Assembly (NCBI RefSeq): GCF_006345805.1
Contig: NW_021833562.1
Location: 1-28,496 of the forward strand
Direction: 5' to 3'
From: Octopus sinensis
Taxonomy: Eukaryota
Length of the DNA: 28,496 nucleotides
Shown one piece after another: positions 21,958 through 28,496 of the stretch (position 1 is its first letter; every line of letters starts with the position of its first letter). The notes beneath the pieces are model-generated. The model was not told the origin of the DNA and did no database searches. It saw only the letters and a list, made by a program, of their open reading frames with translations. Made by a program: the position numbers and the translations under genes.

Positions 21958-22128
21958 ATCATCTGTTTCATTAGGATTTCCGAGGGTTAAATAAACAACG
22001 TATAATAAATATGCTTGAGCAAGGGATGGCTGCTGGGGCTACAAGAAACTACCACCAACATCTTTAAGACTCAATGGGTGACACGCAAATTAACCAGCGA
22101 CAAAATTTCTACGTGTTTACTCACTTTG

Positions 22129-22164
22129 TTAGAAATAGCAGTCAAATTCTCTTCAAATCACATC
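22129..22164 (+). repeat. Remnant of dispersed repeat D
   Basis: ttagaaatagcagtcaaattctcttcaaatcacatc. Confidence 0.55.
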
Positions 22165-22404
22165 ATTTCGTTGTATAAACTTTGGTACAATATATGTGTT
22201 AAAATTAATGAAAAATATTTTTTAAAAAAGAGGGTTGACACAGCTGGATTGTCTTCAATCAATGATCTTGATCTGGGCTAATGAAAAATCTAACCGACAA
22301 TATTATATATCTAAATATGTGATGAACAAAAGGAACTTGTAGGTGGGTACTGAATCCTGCTAGAGATCATAGTCAAAGTCTTCTTTATATCACACCCAAA
22401 ACTT

Positions 22405-22621
22405 ATAATAATAATCCTTTGTCCTCTAGGCACAAAGCCAGAAATTCTGGGAGTGGGGGCTGGTCCAGTTCGTCGATCCTAGTATTCAACTGGTTCTTAT
22501 TTCGTCGACCCCTTAAAGGACAAAAGCAGCTTCGACCTCCGCGATATTTGAACTGAAAACGGACGAAATGCTGCTAAGCGTTTTATCCGGCATGCTGACG
22601 ATTCTGCCAGCTCACCACCTT
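22405..22621 (-). mobile_element. Family B SINE, copy B4 (near full length, diverged)
   Basis: Ends gattctgccagctcaccacct (head), with the (TTA)-type tail at 22405-22415. Confidence 0.87.
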
Positions 22622-22851
22622 ATATTATAAACATAATATTAAAAGAAAAAGAAAAAAAAATAGACGGAAAGTTGTCGGGTAAAATGCATTTTATAGATCT
22701 GCTCAGTCAAGGCTGACCTGGGGCTAAACAATGACTAAATCTAATCCCTATTCATAAACACACGCAAGTTCAAAGGACTTTTAAAACACAGCACAAAAAC
22801 AAAAGGAAAAGATTCGAATTATAAAGCATGCGCGCGCACGAACACGGGGAA

Positions 22852-22895
<44 letters not shown>

Positions 22896-23289
22896 TGTGT
22901 GGGAGAGAGAGTGGGGGAGAGAAATTAGTACACCACAATCGTTACCTAAGTGGTTAGTCACATAATTGACAATATGACCAACATCTTGGTTAGTGTCTGG
23001 TCAGTCACTGACACACTTCCGGTCTGGTGTCACCAAGTGGTGAGAAACGATCGCCATATTGTATTGCCGCTTCTGTTAGTGTATATTATTCGTGTGTGTG
23101 TGTGTGTGTGTGTGTGGATGTGTGAACAATTGGTTTTCTCTCCCGTGAGAAATAGCGGGGACAATTTAAGGCGGTCAATCTAAAACCGCTTTGAAAGGAA
23201 CACTATCTTAAACTGTTTTCAAGTAGTTTACTTTTAAGACACAGAGCGAGAAAAATAACTCTTAAAGATGTCTAAAATTTCTCTACACC

Positions 23290-23521
23290 CAGATTATATA
23301 CACATACATACATACATCTTATATATATGTATATATACAAAAAACTACACAGATATGCATATACATATATATAAAACGATTACATACACACATATACACA
23401 CGGTATATATAGACGTGTACATCTACGTGCGTGTGTATGTGTATACATATATGTATGTCTGTATGTAATCGTTATACATGTGTATATGTATAATCATTAT
23501 ACATGTTTGTATATGTATATC

Positions 23522-23581
<60 letters not shown>

Positions 23582-23612
23582 CATACATACATTCACACGC
23601 ATATATACATGA

Positions 23613-23650
<38 letters not shown>
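23290..23650. repeat. Compound (CA)n/(TA)n/(TG)n microsatellite
   Basis: Read directly from the sequence. Confidence 0.9.
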
Positions 23651-23653
<3 letters not shown>

Positions 23654-24624
23654 AACACGCATTAACAACGATTGTGTACATATATTTGAGGTCTTTGACC
23701 CTCTTGTCGCCTCTCTAAAGTTATTATACATAGTTATATACAGTCATATTAATAGTATTTCAGCACCCACAACATAGTTTTGCAGACACAGTCCACTCCA
23801 CAAAACTATATACACACACATGCTATATACATACATACCTACATACATATATACATATGCATAAATTGTGTGAATAGATGTGTGTATGTGTGATGGATGC
23901 TGAAATATTGTCAAAGTGATGGTTATAAAATGTGGAAGCGCTGCTGCACACACACACACACACACAGCCCATATACACTGGGGAGTGATGGATAAAACGT
24001 CCAAAAGGCGTGTCAAAGGTCAGATGAAAGAAACGACAAAGAGAAAAGCATCTAAAACCATCCTCAATATATAAATAGCAAAAGACCACGTTTTGGGGGG
24101 GGGGGAGAAAATACAATAAAAGAACAGGCATAAATGTAGATCGAACAGGCATAAATGTAGATCGATACATGTCCGTAAATACAGAGGGGGTTGTGTAGTA
24201 GCGGTGATAGGCTATATAGTGACAGAGAGGAAGGAGAGATGGTGATATAGAGAAGGGGAGGAACAATGGGGGAGAAGGAATAAAACGTAAGGAACATTTT
24301 GGATGTAGGAGTTTGCAACGATCGTTCGACGATGATGAGACGAGCTGTGTTTTGTTCGACACACCACAGCCAATAACCACACACCAAACGAAACCACTGT
24401 ATCTACTTTCCACCAAGTTTTCCACCAGTTTTATTATATCCACGCACTTATATATATATGCATATTATACACAGATAGTAGTATATAATGCACACGCATT
24501 TTATACGTGCACAGAAATATGTGAGATGGAGGCAGGTAGATCGATAGATAAGTAGATAGGTGTATATATATATATATAGATAGAAATATAAACTTACATA
24601 AAGTACTTGTGAAAGAGGAAACAT

Positions 24625-24849
24625 ACTAGATAGACAGATAGGTAGATAGATAGATAGGTAGATAGGTAGGTAGGTAGGTAGGTAGGTAGGCAGATAGATA
24701 GATAGATAGATAGGTAGATAGATAGATAGATAGATAGATAGGTAGATAGGTAGATAGGTAGGTAGGTAGATAGGTAGATAGGTAGATAGGTAGGTAGGTA
24801 GATAGGTAGGTAGGTAGGTAGGTAGGTAGGTAGGTAGATAGATAGATAT

Positions 24850-24948
<99 letters not shown>
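24625..24948. repeat. (GATA)n/(GGTA)n microsatellite
   Basis: Read directly from the sequence. Confidence 0.95.
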
Positions 24949-25078
24949 TGTTTCTTTATTAGCCACACAGGGCTGCACACAGACAGGACAAATTACAAGG
25001 TAGAGCTTTTCTTTTGGGGGTAAAAAAGGGGGTTTGGTTTTCGATCAAAAGGGATCGTAAAAGGAAAGAAAGAGGACA

Positions 25079-25081
<3 letters not shown>
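24949..25081 (-). mobile_element. 133-bp retroelement-like 3' end inserted in (GATA)n
   Basis: Unique sequence flanked on both sides by GATA repeats. It ends AATAAAGAAA on the minus strand, and 34 of 42 nt are identical to the tail of SINE B3. Confidence 0.6.
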
Positions 25082-25129
<48 letters not shown>

Positions 25130-25276
25130 AATATTTGTATGCACATTTATACATGCACACACATATGTGAGAGGGAGGTTTTTAGATTCATTGATAGTTA
25201 GGCAGGTAGGTGTACAGATAGAAATATAGACGTACGCAAAAAGCACATGGGAAAGAAGACATACACTAGATGGATG

Positions 25277-25346
<70 letters not shown>

Positions 25347-25365
25347 TTGAGTGAGAGAGAGAGAT
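25082..25365. repeat. (GATA)n/(GA)n tracts
   Basis: 25082-25128 and 25265-25365. Confidence 0.85.
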
Positions 25366-25693
25366 GCGATTGTCCATCAGACGAAATACGTTAACAACGT
25401 AAGCAGTTCTGTAGACGCTGAGAAAATATTAACTGCTGCAGCGAAAAACGGTAAATAGAATGCTAAGAGAGATGGAGAGAGAGAAGCAGAGAGAGAGAGA
25501 AAGAAAGAGAGAAGCAGAGAGAGAGTCAGAGTCGCAGAAACGTCAGGAATGTCGAAATGTTGTTTGGTTTGGTCGATGTGGAAACCGACTGTACCGAAGA
25601 AAGCACGGCAGTCAATTCTTGGGACTTGGAATATTGTTTCATTTTCATTGCACAATCATCACACGCACGCGCATAAGCACACACACACACTCG

Positions 25694-25751
<58 letters not shown>

Positions 25752-25816
25752 AACACAAAGGCAAAGTTCAGTCAGTCAGATTACTAAAACGAAACAAAAA
25801 TGCGAAAAATAGAAGA

Positions 25817-25867
25817 CAATGTACGTGTGTGTGTATGTGTTATATATATATATGTGTGTGTGTGTGT

Positions 25868-25904
<37 letters not shown>

Positions 25905-26160
25905 ATGAGTTATAATATATATCTATGTGTGTGTATGCGTTATATATATATGTGTGTGTGTGTGTGTAAGCGCATCAATGTATGTGTGTATGTGTTATAT
26001 ATGTGTGTGTGTGTGTGTATGAGTTATATATATATATCTATGTGTGTGTGTATGCGTTATATGTGTGTATGTGTATGTGTTATATATATGTGTGTAAGCA
26101 CATCAATGTACGTGTGTGTGTGTTATATATATATGTGTGTGTGTGTGTGTAAGCGCGTAT
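25817..26160. repeat. (GT)n/(TA)n tract with cryptic tandem duplication
   Basis: Landmarks caatgta at 25817, 25976 and 26104, plus atgagttata, atctatg and gtaagc, recur in order. Confidence 0.85.
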
Positions 26161-26351
26161 GTGCATCCATAGCGTGTGCACGTACGCGTGTTTTTAAAGA
26201 CATGCAGAATCTCGATTGTATAAACGTTTACAGTGCATGTGTGTGTGTGTGTGTGTGTGTGCGTGTGCGTGTATGTGTGTGTGTGTGTATCTGAATCACT
26301 GCGGCATGTGTGTGTGCGTGTTCTATGCTTTTACACAAAATTATACAACTC

Positions 26352-26395
<44 letters not shown>

Positions 26396-26500
26396 TAATA
26401 ATAATGATGATAATGATAATAATAGTAATGATAATAATAATGATAATAATAACAATAATAATAATAGTAAGCGACAACAGCAACAACAACAAATAAAAAA
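26352..26500. repeat. (AAT)n grading into (GAT)/(AAC) trinucleotide microsatellite
   Basis: Read directly from the sequence. Confidence 0.95.
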
Positions 26501-26749
26501 TTACAATAAAACCCATAAAAGTTAGCGAAAAAAAAACACAAAAACAAAGAAAAATAGTAAAAACTATGACGTCATAGCGAACGCATTCCACGAATACAAC
26601 GCAGACATTACGTGTACAATTCAGTATATTTTCTCTTTCTCCTGGTTTCAAAATTCTAGTTGGAGATCTGCCTAATTCTGTCTAGAGTGGCTTATTCGAG
26701 CTTCATAAAAATGATATTCAAAAGTTTGTTTACGTTCACATAGACAATA

Positions 26750-27270
26750 TCATATCATATATATATATATATATATATAATATATATATAATATAATACA
26801 TATATATATATACTATATATATATATACATATAATAATACATATATATATATGCATATACATATATATATATATATACTATATATATACATACATATATA
26901 TGCATATACCTATATATATATATGCACATATATATACACATAACCATAGATATGCAATATATATATATATACACACATATATATATTACATATACAGATA
27001 ATATATATACATAGATATACACACATTTATATACATATACACACATTTATATACATATACACACATTTATATATATATACACACATTTATATACATATAC
27101 ACACATATATATACATATACACACAATATATATACATATACACACACAATATATACATATACACACACCCATATCTACATATATATATATATAAAACATA
27201 TGCATATATTATATTATATTATATATATATATATATATATATCTATACATATATATGTGTGTGTGTGTGT
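26750..27270. repeat. Compound (TA)n/(CA)n tract with 20-bp higher-order units
   Basis: acacatttatatacatatac at 20-bp period from 27021. Confidence 0.92.
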
Positions 27271-27778
27271 GTTATAATTACTGCTGATTTATACACGCAC
27301 ATATATATGCACACACATTATCTATATTATATATGGCGACTGACGAACTTACGCGATTTTTCGCATAAGGAAACTGTAAGTAGCCGTCAGTATTCGTTTC
27401 AATCGAGCAAGTGAAAATACACTATGCAATAGGCACTGAAGATTGTTTCTTCTACTCGTTATTTCCTCTGTGTGTGTATGTGGGTGGGTGCGGGCGGGGG
27501 AGGGGGGTTTGTAAGACATTGAAAAAAAAAAAAAAAGGAGCCATTAAGAAATATACCGCTGCCAATAAACTTAGGAAGTATTTCGCGGAAATCATAAATC
27601 TGTTGCTGTTGATTGAGGAAATAGTCAAACTATGAAACCGACAGCAAGAAGAAAATGTAATTTACGAAAGCTCTTTACCTAAAAACTCAGAGTTTATGTT
27701 GTTCTTATCTAGATGAAGAGAGATGGAAGTGCGAATGTGCGCGTAACGTTTATGATTTAAGTAGCAAAGTTACGTAAC

Positions 27779-28167
27779 AGGCGCAGGAGTGGCTGTGTGG
27801 TAAGTAGCTTGCTAACCAACCACATGCTTCCGGGTTCAGTCCCACTGCGTGGCATCTTGGGCAAGTGTCTTCTGTTATAGCCCCGGGCCGACCAATGCCT
27901 TGTGAGTGGATTTGGTAGACGGAAACTGAAAGAAGCCTGTCGTATATATGTATATATATAAGTGTGTGTGTCTGTGTTTGTCCCCCTAGTATTGCTTGAC
28001 AACCGATGCTGGTGTGTTTATGTCCCCGTTACTTAGCGGTTCGGCAAAAGAGACCGATACAATAAGTACTGGGCTTACAAAAGAATAAGTCCCGGGGTCG
28101 AGTTGCTCGATTAAAGGCGGTGCTCCAGCATGGCCGCAGTCAAAATGAAAAAGAGAAAAAGAGAAAA
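27779..28167 (+). mobile_element. Family A SINE, copy A8
   Basis: Complete head, short microsatellite and tail; the 3' end is replaced by an A/G-rich run. Confidence 0.93.
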
Positions 28168-28437
28168 TGAAAATCAGAGGTAGAGAAGGAAAAAGGAGAG
28201 AGAAAAAAAGTTACAAGAATTAAGTATATATCGAATGGCGTTGGAAAAACTAGATTAGCTAAACGAATTTTCACTGATTTAGTACTGTATTGCAAAATTT
28301 CATTGCCAATTACATTCATTTAAGATTTTGCAATTCATATCCTCTCTCCACAGAGAATTACAGGATTTAACCTTTTGCCGAGCCAAAGGTTTGTCTGAAA
28401 TATCGATGATTGTTACCAGACTTTTAGTTTTATTTGT

Positions 28438-28496
28438 TCCTTCTCGAGCCATGCCTAGCTCATAAGGGCCGGTTTCCCGGTTTCTTGGCGTATAGA
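28438..28496 (-). mobile_element. Possible 3' end of another SINE family, cut by the window edge
   Basis: ctcgagccatgcctagctcataagggccggtttcccggtttc resembles an Octopus SINE end that I recall; it cannot be confirmed within the window. Confidence 0.3.

Noticed and set aside
152-28002. The long ORFs in the supplied track (YI/CV/HT/LSIY/poly-I/poly-N types)
   Set aside because: They are translations of TA, CA, GATA and AAT microsatellites that lack stops in some frames; there is no domain content.
3615-28002. Recurrent peptides such as RRASFSFRLPNPLTRLWSARG...SKLLTTQPLLRL
   Set aside because: These are antisense translations of family A SINE heads, not a protein family or a transposase.
28354-28388. 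35-nt + strand micro-exon candidate (tcctctctccacag|...AAG|gtttgt)
   Set aside because: The donor is weak, the length is not a multiple of 3, and no partner exons were identified.

Overview
This is 28.5 kb of eukaryotic, largely non-coding DNA (intron or intergenic). It is most likely from an Octopus-type coleoid cephalopod, which I infer from the extreme microsatellite load and from SINE families I recall from Octopus genomes; this is not database-verified. No protein-coding gene can be named. Nearly all ORFs in the supplied track are translations of TA/CA/GATA/AAT microsatellites or SINE sequence. Supported content: (i) eight copies plus a remnant of a tRNA-headed SINE with an internal microsatellite (family A); (ii) four copies of a second tRNA-headed SINE (family B), one full-length with an 11-bp TSD; (iii) an intact 303-bp MITE with perfect 23-bp TIRs and an 8-bp TSD, plus decayed hAT/Charlie-like and TTAA-type MITEs; (iv) a 197-bp Penelope-like fragment nested in a SINE, carrying a minimal type I hammerhead-ribozyme-like fold; (v) a 6 x 123-bp tandem array built from a dispersed repeat; (vi) many compound micro- and minisatellites. 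The most interesting signals are the hammerhead-like motif, a GTCGA-N5-TCGAC stem-loop shared by both SINE families, a SINE 3' tail swapped for one matching a retroelement-like end found elsewhere in the window, and low-confidence minus-strand exon candidates at 8.4-8.7 kb and 18.8 kb. The evidence points to a modular retroelement ecosystem rather than a new protein-coding system.
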